NCBI GenBank assembly: GCA_965218585.1
Contig: CBDCLE010000010.1
Span: 64,001 to 128,000 of the forward strand
Direction of reading: 5' to 3'
Source of the DNA: Terriglobia bacterium
GTDB taxonomy: Bacteria; Acidobacteriota; Terriglobia; 20CM-2-55-15
Length of the DNA stretch: 64,000 nt
Part shown: positions 43,497 to 54,369 of the stretch, piece by piece
Layout of the letters: every line of letters begins with the position of its first letter
Numbering within the stretch: the stretch's first letter is position 1
Position numbers and translations under genes: made by a program
Notes under the pieces: generated by a model
Seen by the model: only the letters and a program-made list of their open reading frames with translations
Databases searched by the model: none
Told to the model about the DNA's origin: nothing

Positions 43497-44732
43497 TCAG
43501 TTACTCGCCACGGACACGACGAGGGCCATGGCCGTGTCCCCCGCCGCGCAGCCGGTGAAAAGACCGCGCCCACCTCCGCGCATTACAAGTTCTTCGATCA
43601 GTTCGATAATCAGCCGCATTCCGGTCGGTGCCTGCGGATGGCCCCAGATTAGCGAGCAGCCGAAATTGTTCATATCTTCGAGGGATACTCCGGCTTCACG
43701 GGCGAAGATGATGTCGTTCACGGCAAACGGATTGTGCGTCTTGATAGCGTCCATGTCCCTGAATGACAGGTCCGCCCGTTCAAGTGCCGCATGGGCTGCG
43801 CCATAAGGTGCCTCCGGCATGAATCCCAATTGTGCGCGCGATTGGCCGGCACTCAGGATGCGAATTCGCACGGTATTATCAGTCGCTAGTTCGCGCGCCT
43901 GATCGCGGCGCGTGATTATCATGGCAGCGTTGCCATCAGCGGGATGCGTTTGGCCGCCAAACGTCACCGTACCGCCGTCGATTACGGGCTGAAGTTTTGC
44001 GAGGCCGTCGGCCGTTGACGCAAAAATCCCCTGATCGCCGTCGATCTCCTCGGCTGTCGTGCGAAATCGTGGGTCCGGAACTCGAAAAGGCAATTCTATG
44101 TACCGCTTCTGAAACGCACGGTTGTCGGCGAGCGCGTCTTTGTATTGCGCATATCGAAGCAGCACGACTTCGTGTTGCTCGGCTGTTGAAATCGAATGTT
44201 TGGCGGCAACGTTTTCAGCGGTCTGTATCATTGAGTGCCCACCGAGCGGATCGCACCCGAAGCTGTCGATTACGACGTCCTCGGTTACACCGGTACCTGC
44301 TGGCGCCTCTGGTGCGGGATAATAGGTGTGCGGCCCGTTCGAACAACGGTCGGTGGTTGCCGCCAAAACGGTTTGGGCAAGGCCGCTCGCGATTTCCATC
44401 GAAGCCAGGACCGATGCCCTTACGCCAGATGCACAGACTTGCGACACAGTTGGCCCCGGCGCTTGTGGCGCTCCGAGCAAACCCATGAACCAGGGTGTAC
44501 CGTAAAAAGACTGGTGTTGATAAACAGAGATGCCGAGCACGCCGGCATCAAATATTTTCGGATCAATGTTGCGCTTGTCGAGTTCCCGGCGGGCGACGTA
44601 AGCTGCGAACTTGACAGCGTGTAAGTGCTGCAGCGCGCCCTGCCAGCGCACGAACGGCGTAGACCAGTAACAGCCGTAGGGAATCTCAACCTGGTCAAAC
44701 ATTGCTCTTGCCTTTTCGGTAATTCGATTCAC
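43497..44732 (-). CDS. Thiolase family protein
   Basis: QVCASG nucleophile, HPADG, GHPQAPTG, C-terminal CAAG. Confidence 0.85.
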   Translation of the reverse strand: MNRITEKARAMFDQVEIPYGCYWSTPFVRWQGALQHLHAVKFAAYVARRELDKRNIDPKIFDAGVLGISVYQHQSFYGTPWFMGLLGAPQAPGPTVSQVCASGVRASVLASMEIASGLAQTVLAATTDRCSNGPHTYYPAPEAPAGTGVTEDVVIDSFGCDPLGGHSMIQTAENVAAKHSISTAEQHEVVLLRYAQYKDALADNRAFQKRYIELPFRVPDPRFRTTAEEIDGDQGIFASTADGLAKLQPVIDGGTVTFGGQTHPADGNAAMIITRRDQARELATDNTVRIRILSAGQSRAQLGFMPEAPYGAAHAALERADLSFRDMDAIKTHNPFAVNDIIFAREAGVSLEDMNNFGCSLIWGHPQAPTGMRLIIELIEELVMRGGGRGLFTGCAAGDTAMALVVSVASN

Positions 44733-46312
44733 GCGTCCCAGTCAAGATCACCGTCCGGCAGCGCTTCGAGCAGGCGGCCGTTCCGCAGTAAGGTTGCGGC
44801 AGCCTCGATGTGATCGGTCAGCGATTCATCGTGATCCAGGTAGGGAACCACCTCACGAACCATATTGTAAATCTTGCGCGTAACGGTACTCAATAGCCGA
44901 GCGCCACCGTCGCGCTGGTCCACTGCCTGGCAGGCACACATGAGTTCAACTGCGGGCACCGCGTAGCTGATGTTGAGCATGTCGCGCGCACGCCGCGCCG
45001 CAACCAGTCCCATGGACACGTGATCCTGGAAATCTCCGGTCGTGGTCAGCGTCTGGATCGAGACCGGATGACAAAGCGATCGCATTTCAGCCATGATCGA
45101 GGACGCACAATACTGGATTCCCATCAGGCCGTGACGAATGCCAGGGTCCTCCTTGCAGAGGAAGGGCGGCAAGCCGTTATTATGGAAAGGATCGAGATAA
45201 CGATCGATCCGCCGGTCGTGCAGATTACAGGCATTTGTCAGTGCGATCGAAATGTGGTCCATCGCCTGGCTGACATACTGGCCATGAAAATGTGCATTGT
45301 GGAATGCATCGCCTTCCTCGACGATGACGAGGGGATTGTCGTTGGTGGAATTGATTTCGATTTGCAGGGTGCGGTCAGCCTGCCAGAGCGCATCCACCGA
45401 CGGGCCCAGAATCTGAGCGCCGGCGCGTAGCGAGTAAGCGTCTTCAATCTGTTGATCCATACCCTGCACTTCACCGGTCCGCATCGATGATAGCCAGACA
45501 TCAACTTCCTCGTCCTGCACGACCATCTTGCTGTCGCCGAGCGCCGTCCAGATCGCATCTGCCACTTTGAGCTGCCCGGGGTGGGGTTTGTTGCGATGTA
45601 CCGCTGGGTGGTAGGGCATGATTTTGCCGCGCAGTGCTTCGAGCGTTAGTGCTGCCACCAATGCGGATTGTTTCAGCAGTTTCTTCGTGCGATAGATGAC
45701 CGGCACCGCGACACCGACCATCATCGAAGTGCCATTGATCATGGCGAGGCCTTCCTTGTAAGAAAGCCGTGCAGGCTCGAGGCCGGCGCGTTTCAGGGCC
45801 TCTCCTCCGGGCATGATTTCGCCGTCGTATTTGGCACGCCATGCGCCGGTGACGACCAGCGCGATATGCGCGAGCGGCCCGAGATCGCCACTCGCACCGA
45901 GGGAGCCTTGCTCCGGAACGCATGGAACGATGCCCGCGTTATAAACAGCAATGTACTTCTCGAAGTTTTCGGGACTGATGGCCGACACACCGCGGCCGAG
46001 CGAGTTGATGCGGCAAAGCATCGCCGCGCGCACATAGACGTCGTCGAGATCATCGCCGACATTCGTCGCAACTCCTCGCAGAATGTTGTTCTGCAGTTTT
46101 TCGGCCAGTTCTTCGGGAATGAGGTAGTTGACGAATCCGCCGACAGCAGTAGTCACTCCATAGATTGTTCGTCCCGACTTTACGAAGCCATCCAGAAGGT
46201 CGCGCGATGCTTTTACGCGCGCAGCCTGTTCAGTAAAAATGTCGACCCTGGTGTTCTGTTGCGCAGCTTCTGCCAGCTGATCAACCGTCAGTGTGTCGCC
46301 GTCAAGATGCAT
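44729..46312 (-). CDS. MIO-dependent aromatic amino acid aminomutase/ammonia-lyase (AdmH/EncP-like)
   Basis: YGVTTAVGGFVNY, LQNNILRGVATNVG, GSLGASGDL (MIO), DAYSLR, NDNPL, FHGQY. Confidence 0.88.
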   Translation of the reverse strand: MHLDGDTLTVDQLAEAAQQNTRVDIFTEQAARVKASRDLLDGFVKSGRTIYGVTTAVGGFVNYLIPEELAEKLQNNILRGVATNVGDDLDDVYVRAAMLCRINSLGRGVSAISPENFEKYIAVYNAGIVPCVPEQGSLGASGDLGPLAHIALVVTGAWRAKYDGEIMPGGEALKRAGLEPARLSYKEGLAMINGTSMMVGVAVPVIYRTKKLLKQSALVAALTLEALRGKIMPYHPAVHRNKPHPGQLKVADAIWTALGDSKMVVQDEEVDVWLSSMRTGEVQGMDQQIEDAYSLRAGAQILGPSVDALWQADRTLQIEINSTNDNPLVIVEEGDAFHNAHFHGQYVSQAMDHISIALTNACNLHDRRIDRYLDPFHNNGLPPFLCKEDPGIRHGLMGIQYCASSIMAEMRSLCHPVSIQTLTTTGDFQDHVSMGLVAARRARDMLNISYAVPAVELMCACQAVDQRDGGARLLSTVTRKIYNMVREVVPYLDHDESLTDHIEAAATLLRNGRLLEALPDGDLDWDA

Positions 46313-46964
46313 GCTTGTCCCCTTTTCTTTGCGCTTACGCATTCTAGGACAGTTTAATGAGGCATATTTATCTATCTTCTGTCAGTTTAGCGAACTGATG
46401 CCGATCCGGGGGTTGATTGCCGCCCGGGCGCAATTGGGGGCGGTTCACACGCCGCCACTCTGATTCGGGTCCCCGGCGTACCGGGCTTCACGTACAATCA
46501 TCGAACCGTGACGATCAATTCATTCCGCCGTGTCCTTGACGTTCGATTTGGCGACTAAGAACATGAAGAAGACAATTGCTGACTGGGACCATGTAACTCC
46601 GGAAATGGATGCTTCCTTGGCCGGAGGCGATCCTTCCGGCTGGACGCGGAACGGGTGCCCGGTCCCGTAGCGATTAGCAACAAAAGCTGTATTTCAGGAC
46701 AGCGAACAGACTGAATGGAGGTTTATCCATGACCAAGCCTGAATTTCAGAATGATTCCGACGCGATTCGGAATGCATGCAAACTGCTTATGACAGCGGCA
46801 AACTCTTCCGACGCCGACCTATGGGCGTCGCTGTACACACCAGATGCGGTCTTAATGCCGCCCAATCTGCCGTCACTGAATGGGCCCGAAGTGTTAATTT
46901 GCACGGAAAAGTGATCCGGGTTTTGCATTGAAAATTGACCCGGGTTAGAGAGCCGGATTATGGC

Positions 46965-47744
46965 TCATGGGTTGGGGTTTTTCCGGGGTTTAGTCTCCTT
47001 TGTGTGTGTGGAACTGTTTCTAAAACGGTAACTGTCATTGCCGGTTTCGACGATGTGGCAATGGTGGGTGAGGCGGTCGAGCAGCGCGGCGGTCATCTTC
47101 GTGTCGTTGAAGACCCGGGGCCATTCACCGAAGGCAAGGTTGGTGGTGAGGACCCTGCGGGTGCGCTCGTAGAGTTTGCTCAGCAGGTGGAACAGCAAGG
47201 CGCCGCCGGCCTGCGAGAACGGCAGATAGCCGAGTTCATCGAGAATGACCAAATCGACTTGCAGGAGCCGGTTGGCGATCTGCCCAGTCTTACCCTTGGC
47301 TTTCTCCTGTTCCAGCGTGTTGACGAGTTCGATAGTGGAGAAGAACCGGACTCTGAGGCGATGGTGAGTGATGGCCTGCACGCCGATGGCCGTGGCGAGA
47401 TGGGTCTTGCCGGTGCCCGGTCCGCCGATCATCACGATGTTGTGAGCGTCGGCGACGAAGTCACATCGATACAGTGAGCTGAGCAGTGCCTCATCAACGG
47501 GGCTTTCATTGAAGTCGAAGTTGGAGAGGTCGCGATAGGCTGGGAAGCGGGCGGTCCTCATCTGGTAGTTGATGGAGCGGACCTCGCGCTCGGCGACCTC
47601 GGCCTCGGTTAAGGTGTGGAGCATGGGCTCTATGTTTGAGAAAGCCGGAGCGCCTTGCCGCGCGAGTTCATCGACCGCTTGCGCCATGCCATGGAGTTTG
47701 AGCGACCTCAGCGCGCTGACCAGAGATTCAGATGACATGGCCAT
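46965..47744 (-). CDS. istB: IS21 helper ATPase IstB
   Basis: [24 protein letters not shown]. Confidence 0.93.
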   Translation of the reverse strand: MAMSSESLVSALRSLKLHGMAQAVDELARQGAPAFSNIEPMLHTLTEAEVAEREVRSINYQMRTARFPAYRDLSNFDFNESPVDEALLSSLYRCDFVADAHNIVMIGGPGTGKTHLATAIGVQAITHHRLRVRFFSTIELVNTLEQEKAKGKTGQIANRLLQVDLVILDELGYLPFSQAGGALLFHLLSKLYERTRRVLTTNLAFGEWPRVFNDTKMTAALLDRLTHHCHIVETGNDSYRFRNSSTHTKETKPRKNPNP

Positions 47745-49177
47745 CTCCTCTCAAGCGGTCGTAGCGATGAACATCGGCCTTCGGTTCATTGAGCAGTGTC
47801 AACGCATCGGGTATATCGATGAGGCTGGGCGGCGAGGCTTCCAGTAACCGGCTCAGGATATTGAGCACATGTTGCTTGGAGGCGGCCCCGGCTGCGAGTG
47901 CGATCTCGGCGGCACGCAGCACCGCCGGCTCATCGTGGTGCAGCACCAGCGCCAGGATCTCCACCATCTCCCGGTCCCCGCCAGGTCGCTTGAGCCGCGC
48001 CGCCTGGAGGCGCTTGAAAGGTTGGGGAAGCTCGGCGAAGGGAGCGCCGTTCCTCAACGCGCCCGGTTTTCGTTGGAGGACGCTCAGGTAGTGGCGCCAG
48101 TCGTAGACGGTTCGCCCTGACCGGCAGTCGCGCCCGCGCGCGATCACCCGCGGATGCTCAGCGATGACCTGGCCTTCGGCGGCAATCACGATGCGTTCGG
48201 CGTAGACGCGGACACTGACCGGCCGGTTGGCAAACGCGGCCGGCACGCTGTAGCGATTACGCGCGAAGGCGATAAGGCAGGCCGGAGAAACACGCTTGGT
48301 GTGCTCGACAAAGCCATCGAACGGCGTCGGCATGCGCATCAGATGCGCGTGCTCATCGGCCCAGACCTCGGCGACTGTACGCTGGGGCTGCTCCGGGTGA
48401 TGGATCTCGTCCCAGAGACCCCGGCATCGCCGCTCAAGCCACACGTTCACGTCACGGAAGCCAGCAAACTCAGGCGCGTCATGGAACAGACGGGGCCGCG
48501 CGTCCCGGACGTTCTTCTCGATCTGGCCTTTCTCCCATCCGGCGCCAGGCGTGCAGAACTCCGCTTCGAACAGGAAATGGCTCACCATCGCCTTGAACCG
48601 GGCGTTGACCACCCGGGCCTTCCCTCGGCCCACTCGGTCCACCGCTGTCTTCATGTTGTCGTAGATGCCCCGCCGGGGCACACCGCCCAACGCCGCCAGA
48701 CAATAGTTGTGGGCGTCGAACAGCATCTCGTGGGACTGTAGCGGATAAGCCCGCAGCATGAACGCCCGGCTGTGGCAGAGTTTGAACTGCGCCACCATCA
48801 GCTTCGTGCGTTCACCGCCGATGACCACCCAGTCCTCGCTCCAGTCGAACTGGAACGCTTCGCCGGGCGCAAACACCACGGTCATAGGACCCCGTGTAGC
48901 CAAGCTTCATCAACTCGCCGTGCAGCTGCTTGAGATTACGCAGCTCCTTGCGACCCCGGGCCGATTCCCGCTTCAGCCACGACGCCAGCAACTCGGCGTA
49001 GCCGTCCACTTTGCTCCGGCTCCTGCGCTTCGGATAGACCGCCTCCAGAGCGCCGCTCGCCAAGTGCTTCCGGATCGTATTGCGCGACAGCTTCGTTCGC
49101 CTGCTGATCTCTCGAATCGATACGCCCTCTCGTACATGCCAGCGTCTGATCACACTCAATATCGCCACGTCTATCAC
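47728..49177 (-). pseudogene. istA: IS21 transposase IstA with an internal deletion/frameshift near 48880
   Basis: The N-terminal HTH (to GYTGSYDR) and the catalytic part (FAPGEAFQFDW, YDNMKTAV, WEKGQIE) are in different frames. Confidence 0.85.
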
Positions 49178-49751
49178 TCCTTTGCCCTCCTGCTCTGTTA
49201 ATCGGCAGGAATGGGTATACACGTGGGTCAAATTTCGATGCAAATACCCGCTTTAAGTGGATCAGTTTTGGGTGCAAATCAACACCCGAAGAGATCCGGG
49301 ACTATATGGCTAAAGAGTTTTTTGGCCCTTTCGATGTGACAATGACGGATCAGACCGACGAGTTGACGATCGTTGGCGACTTGGCGGTTAGAAGGGGTGT
49401 AGGGACCGTGACTCTTGTGCCTAAGACCGGAGGACCTGCTATCGAAGAGACTTTCAAATACTTAGAGTCCTGGGGGCGAGGGCCGGACGGTTCGTGGAAG
49501 ATCACGCAGGACATCTTCAATAGCAGCAAGCCAGCGGAGTGAATGCAGCCGAGATGGGTTTATGCCTGAAGGAACGCCTGCCGGTGCAGTAATTTGCGAG
49601 TTCAAGTCCTAGAAATCATCTTCTCGGACGTCGAGAATCGGGGGCTCGATGAGAAAATGATGGGAAGAACGATGAGAAAAAGCAGAACCCCGATAATTTT
49701 CAGCCACTTGGAAAGCCATTCGACTCCCGTTGAGGCTATTTTCGGAAGAAG

Positions 49752-50804
49752 CTAAGGCTGCTCGACAAAATCCCCACGCGGAATCGTTCCCAACTGCCGG
49801 ACAATCGCCCGCCGTCCATAAGCGTTCGAAATCCAGTTCTCAAACAGCGCCGGAATGCCGGGACCTAATCCAGGGTCGGAGCCGCTCATCGCGTGGAAAT
49901 GTATGTGGGGTTCGACTGAATCGCCGGAGTTGCCGACCTCACCGATGGGCTCCCCTGCCAGAACCTGCTCTCCGACACCCACTCTCATACCCCCTGGGCG
50001 CATATGCGCGTAATAGGTGTAGAGGCTTTTGCTGTGGCGAATGACAATGGCGTTGCCCCCTGGCGTGGCCGCCATGGCCTGGCCCGGGACGTTTTCAGGG
50101 ATGTCATTTCGCATGTAGACGACTTCCCCGTCGGCCGCGGCAAGTACGTCCAGACCGTAGGCAAAGTAATCGCTGTTGCGACCGCCGGTGCCTCCATAGC
50201 TCTTGCCATCAGAACCGATCTTGAGAAAGTCATAGGCAAATGCTTCGGCCACGAAACGCTTGTGGTTATCCAGGGCACTATGTTCCGCCGCCAGGTACCA
50301 GCTACCGTCGAAGGGCAGGCGGCCAACAAAGCTGTCTATTGCCGTTAATGGAATTGATACCTTGCTGGAAGCAACGTCCTCGCCCTGGCGGAACTCTGTC
50401 TCGACGATCAGGGTCTGGCCCATCAAACCCGACGGCAACTCAAAGGAAACATCCGAAAGCGCTTTCCTTTCATTCGACCCCAAAACAAGGGTACCCGGGG
50501 GTGTCGCTTCGATACGGCGGCGTTCCACCGAGTTATCAAAGAGCTCGATCAGAGCCGGGCCTGAGAACTGGCCGGAAACGACACCTCCCGCAGTCCCGAC
50601 TAGATCAAACCGTACCCACTGAAATTCAATCGGCTCGGAAGAGGTATTGTGGAATATGAGATGGAAGAAAACTCTCTCGACAGGAACAATATCGCCGCCC
50701 AGATCTTCGACGTATACCGAGGCCGGGAGGACCGAAATGTCCACCTGAGCCGAAGCGGAGACGGCAAAAACAAAGACCAGGCACAATGCAATGGGTATGC
50801 GCAT
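49752..50804 (-). CDS. Secreted M23 family peptidase
   Basis: Signal peptide, AYDF, YAHM, GNSGDS..PHIHF. Confidence 0.88.
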   Translation of the reverse strand: MRIPIALCLVFVFAVSASAQVDISVLPASVYVEDLGGDIVPVERVFFHLIFHNTSSEPIEFQWVRFDLVGTAGGVVSGQFSGPALIELFDNSVERRRIEATPPGTLVLGSNERKALSDVSFELPSGLMGQTLIVETEFRQGEDVASSKVSIPLTAIDSFVGRLPFDGSWYLAAEHSALDNHKRFVAEAFAYDFLKIGSDGKSYGGTGGRNSDYFAYGLDVLAAADGEVVYMRNDIPENVPGQAMAATPGGNAIVIRHSKSLYTYYAHMRPGGMRVGVGEQVLAGEPIGEVGNSGDSVEPHIHFHAMSGSDPGLGPGIPALFENWISNAYGRRAIVRQLGTIPRGDFVEQP

Positions 50805-50861
50805 CGCGACTTGAAGGCTAAGTCAAAGAAGTGGTAAAAATCAACCCAGTCGAGATTCCCT

Positions 50862-51407
50862 ATGGGCAATCCATCAACAGAGACCGCAACGCTTGGAGGG
50901 GGGTGCTTCTGGTGCCTCGAAGCCGTGTTCGAACAGCTTGAGGGCGTACACTCCGTTAAATCCGGCTATTCCGGAGGTGCTCGACCGGACCCTACCTATG
51001 AGCAGGTCTGCTCAGGGGCGACCGGACATGCCGAAGTCGCCCAGGTTGTTTTCGATCCGTCAGTGACATCCTACCGGGAAGTGCTGCAGATCTTTTTCTC
51101 GATCCATGATCCGACCACACTCAACCGCCAAGGCAACGATGTCGGCACACAGTACCGCTCGGTCATCTTCCACCATTCCGACGAGCAGAGGGAAACTGCA
51201 CAGGCCGTCATCGAAGAACTGGACCAGGCCCGGGTCTTTTCCGACCCTGTCGTGACTGAGTTAACAGCCTTGGAACAGTTCTACCCCGCCGAGGACTACC
51301 ACAACGAATATTTCCGGCAGAACCCGAGTCAACCGTACTGCCAGTTCGTCGTCAGCCCCAAGGTCGCCAAATTCCGGGCCCAGTACTTCGACAAACTCAA
51401 AAATTAA
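50862..51407 (+). CDS. msrA: Peptide-methionine (S)-S-oxide reductase
   Basis: GGGCFWC, HDPTTLNRQGNDVGTQYRS, AEDYH. Confidence 0.96.
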   Translation: MGNPSTETATLGGGCFWCLEAVFEQLEGVHSVKSGYSGGARPDPTYEQVCSGATGHAEVAQVVFDPSVTSYREVLQIFFSIHDPTTLNRQGNDVGTQYRSVIFHHSDEQRETAQAVIEELDQARVFSDPVVTELTALEQFYPAEDYHNEYFRQNPSQPYCQFVVSPKVAKFRAQYFDKLKN

Positions 51408-51410
51408 ATT

Positions 51411-52257
51411 GGGGTCAGAGCCCTATTTCTCCATTTACCCCGCCATCTCATGATCCAGAATCGATTCATTTTTACTCGCTGGACGACCACGTTTGCGTGG
51501 GCGGATTCTTCGGCCCAAACGGCCTTCCAATTCGAGTACAAAGCGCTCAGAACCCCAAGGTCGCCCTGAAAGCGTCTGACTGCGGATCAGAGATGTCTTC
51601 TCGGCCGACTCACCTTCTTCGAGCCAGGCAGACCAATCTTTTGGCCATGAACCGGGTGGAAATTCGTCCGTAAGTAGCGTATCGAGTCGTATTCCACAGT
51701 GAGCGCCCGCACTAGACCATTCGTAATCTTCCGCACGGGGAACAATCCCTGCACGAACAGGATTGAGTTCGACATACCTCACAGCATTTCGAAGGTGATT
51801 GGCATCCAACACGCACGAAAAGAAACGCCCTTGCCAGAGATGACCAACGGCACCATACGTCCAATTGAAATACGTAGCGTAAGCGCTATGAGCATCCCGG
51901 ATCGTTGCGGGCAATGAATTTTCATCTTCCGGTACTCCTACCAAATGGACGTGATTTCTCATCAGAACATAGGCCCAGATACCCAATCTGTGTCGCTCGG
52001 CATATTCCCCGAGCAAACGCATGTAAATTTCACAGTCTCTAGAGTCATTGAAAGTCGCCGTTCGTCGGTTTCCGCGTTGGGTAATGTGATGAGGAAGACC
52101 GGGAACGACCACTCGAGTAAATCGCGGCATAATTTTTTTAGGGCTGAAATCGAGGAGGGCTGGCAAAATAAAAAGCAATTCGCCGTTTAACACAAGAGGT
52201 TTTGCGAGTTCCTGTAAAAGCTGTAAGGAGAAATTGGGGAATTAGGGCTCTGACCCC
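51411..52257 (-). mobile_element. RAYT-like Y1 (HUH) transposase (CDS 51435-52130) flanked by 15-bp inverted repeats
   Basis: HHITQRGN, MRNHVHL, GHLWQGRF, YVELNPVRAG. GGGGTCAGAGCCCTA at 51411-51425 is inverted at 52243-52257. Confidence 0.85.
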
Positions 52258-52264
52258 TTTTGGA

Positions 52265-52293
52265 TTGACTACCAAACAAATGTTTGGTACAAA
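52265..52293 (+). promoter_or_regulatory. Sigma70-type promoter with a palindromic operator (candidate SOS box)
   Basis: TTGACT-N17-TACAAA with TACCAAACA-AA-TGTTTGGTA in the spacer. Confidence 0.6.
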
Positions 52294-52299
52294 TCCCGA

Positions 52300-52650
52300 A
52301 TGCGTTCTGCGCCGAATCGCACACCATCAAAACTTTCCTTTGAGCAGAGCCCGTTCGCTTTCAATCAACCTGTCACCTCCCAACCGGAAACGATTTCTAC
52401 AGGAATCCAGGAAGTCGACACGCTGTCCCATGGCTTGCCACGAGGCCGGATTACCGAGATCTTTGGCCCGGACTCGTCAGGGCGGACCAGCCTTTTGCTC
52501 TCTACCCTTGCCGAAGTCACTGGAAAAGAAGAAGTTTGCGCTTTTATCGATCCTGCCGGGGTTTTCGACCCCTCATCTGCAGCCCACATGGGGGTGGATC
52601 TGGAACAACTGCTCTGGATCCGCACCCCAAAACCCGATATCAATCAAACA
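52300..52650 (+). pseudogene. RecA-like ImuA protein truncated by IS21
   Basis: ISTGI..D, GLPRGRITEIFG, degenerate Walker A GPDSSGRT, FDP..A..GVDLEQLLW. The frame runs into the IS end. Confidence 0.75.
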
Positions 52651-52818
52651 TGCGTATTCCGGTCGATCGTGATCACTGATTCCGATCCAAGGTGATCAGC
52701 AATTCCGGGATTGTGATCACTGATTCCGGTCATCATGATCACCGATTCCGGCGATCATGATCACCCGTCGATAGCGAAGTTTTACCTGCTAGGTTCTCCT
52801 TACAGGAAGGAGAACTTG

Positions 52819-54369
52819 ATGGGAGCAAAACGGCTATCGATGAGACAGTCACGCGAGATTCTACGATTCAAATACGAACAGGAACTCAGCCACCGGGCCA
52901 TCGCCCGAGCCTGCCGAGTGGGAGTCGGGACGGTATCGGAGTACGTCCGACGAGCGGCAGAGGCGGGGCTGGAATGGCCGCTTCCAGAGGATCTGGACGA
53001 TGCAGCCCTGGAAGCGCGGCTGTTTCCCCACGCGGGACCAGGCTCGAGGGAACGAGTGCCTCCGGATTTGGAACGGATCCACCAGGAGTTGAAGCGTGTG
53101 GGAGTCACGCTGCACCTGCTGTGGGAAGAGTACCGGGAAGCGCATCCGGAAGGATATGCCTACAGCCAGTTCTGTGAGATCTGCCGGCGTTGGGCCCAGA
53201 AACTGAAGCCCTCGATGCGACAGGTGCATCGCGCCGGAGAGAAGGCCTTCATCGACTTTTCCGGCAAACGGCCGCAGCTGACGGATCCACACACGGGCGA
53301 AGCTGTTGCAGTCGAGTTGTTCGTGGCCGTGCTGGGCGCCAGCGGTTACACCTATGCCGAAGCGACTCCGAGCCAGAAACTCCCCGACTGGGTCGGTGTG
53401 CATATCCGCATGGTGGAGTTCTTCGGCGGATCGAGCCGGATCTGGGTTCCCGACCAACTCAAGAGTGCGATTACCCAGTCCTGCCGCTATGAAGCCGGCG
53501 TGAACCGCACCTGCCAAGATGCGGCCGAACACTACGGCGCAGTCGTCATTCCGGCCCGACCACGGAAACCCCGGGACAAGGCCAAGATCGAATCAACCGT
53601 CCTTCTGGCGCAGCGCTGGATTCTGGCGAAGATCAGGAATCGAACATTCTTCAGTCTGGCAGACTTGAACGAGGCGATCCGGGAGTTGCTGGTGGAACTG
53701 AACCAGCGGCCAATGCAAAAGCTTCGAGTGTCCCGTCTGGAACTCTATGAGCGACTGGATCGACCGGCATTACAGTCACTGCCGACCCACCGATATGAAC
53801 AGGCCGAATGGAAGGACTGTCGGGTCAACATCGACTACCACATTAGCGTGGATCGCCATCCTTACAGCGTGCCCTACCAGTTGATCCACCAGACGCTGGA
53901 AGCCCGTTACACCGCGTCCATTGTCGAGGTGTACCACAAAGGCCGGCGCGTCACCTCTCATCGCCGCCGCTACGATCACCAGCCCTCGACACTATCGGAA
54001 CATATGCCCAGTGCCCATCGGGCCCATGCGGAATGGACCCCGTCCCGGCTGATCCATTGGGCCCAGCAGACCGGCCCCAAGACCGGCCGCCTGGTCGAGG
54101 AGATCATGAAACGGTGGCCGCATCCGGAACAGGGGTACCGGGCCTGTCTGGGATTGATGAGTCTGGGGCGCCGTTCCGGCGCCGAGCGGCTCGAAGCCGC
54201 TAGCGCACGGGCACTGCACTTGCGGTCCTATAGCTACCGCACCGTCAAGAACATCCTGTCCTCGGCCCAGGACCGGTTGCCGTTCGAGGAAACCGAAACC
54301 CCACCCACACCCCATCACGACAACATTCGCGGCGCCGCCTACTATGCGGATCCGGAGGAGACGCACTGA
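52819..54369 (+). CDS. istA: IS21 transposase IstA
   Basis: GEKAFIDFSG, VPDQLKS, KPRDKAKIE, YSVPY. Confidence 0.93.
   Translation: MGAKRLSMRQSREILRFKYEQELSHRAIARACRVGVGTVSEYVRRAAEAGLEWPLPEDLDDAALEARLFPHAGPGSRERVPPDLERIHQELKRVGVTLHLLWEEYREAHPEGYAYSQFCEICRRWAQKLKPSMRQVHRAGEKAFIDFSGKRPQLTDPHTGEAVAVELFVAVLGASGYTYAEATPSQKLPDWVGVHIRMVEFFGGSSRIWVPDQLKSAITQSCRYEAGVNRTCQDAAEHYGAVVIPARPRKPRDKAKIESTVLLAQRWILAKIRNRTFFSLADLNEAIRELLVELNQRPMQKLRVSRLELYERLDRPALQSLPTHRYEQAEWKDCRVNIDYHISVDRHPYSVPYQLIHQTLEARYTASIVEVYHKGRRVTSHRRRYDHQPSTLSEHMPSAHRAHAEWTPSRLIHWAQQTGPKTGRLVEEIMKRWPHPEQGYRACLGLMSLGRRSGAERLEAASARALHLRSYSYRTVKNILSSAQDRLPFEETETPPTPHHDNIRGAAYYADPEETH

Larger units (their letters stand above)
46892..49284 (-). 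mobile_element. IS21-family element (istA-istB)
   Basis: TG...CA ends with TGTT(A/G)ATTTGCAC IRs. 7-bp TSD CCCGAAG at 46885-46891 and 49285-49291. Confidence 0.93.
46729..49542 (+). pseudogene. SnoaL/NTF2-like (DUF4440-type) protein split by IS21
   Basis: YTPDAVLMPPN..GPE rejoins EIRDYM...DGSWKI in frame once the IS is removed. Confidence 0.85.

Noticed and set aside
44729-46312. Annotation as hutH
   Set aside because: It lacks the HAL SH motif (it has GVATN) and has no hutUIG neighbours.
46500-46670. Short ORF MKKTIADWDHV...
   Set aside because: No RBS or recognisable family; probably a gene remnant.
49590-49750. Minus-strand hydrophobic reading frame (WLKIIGVLLFLIVLPIIF)
   Set aside because: No start codon or RBS; at most a remnant.
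52651-52765. Regularly spaced GTGATCA..GATTCCG repeats that look like a mini-CRISPR
   Set aside because: They are the multiple terminal repeats typical of IS21 ends and recur inverted at 55350-55417. There are no unique spacers and no cas genes.
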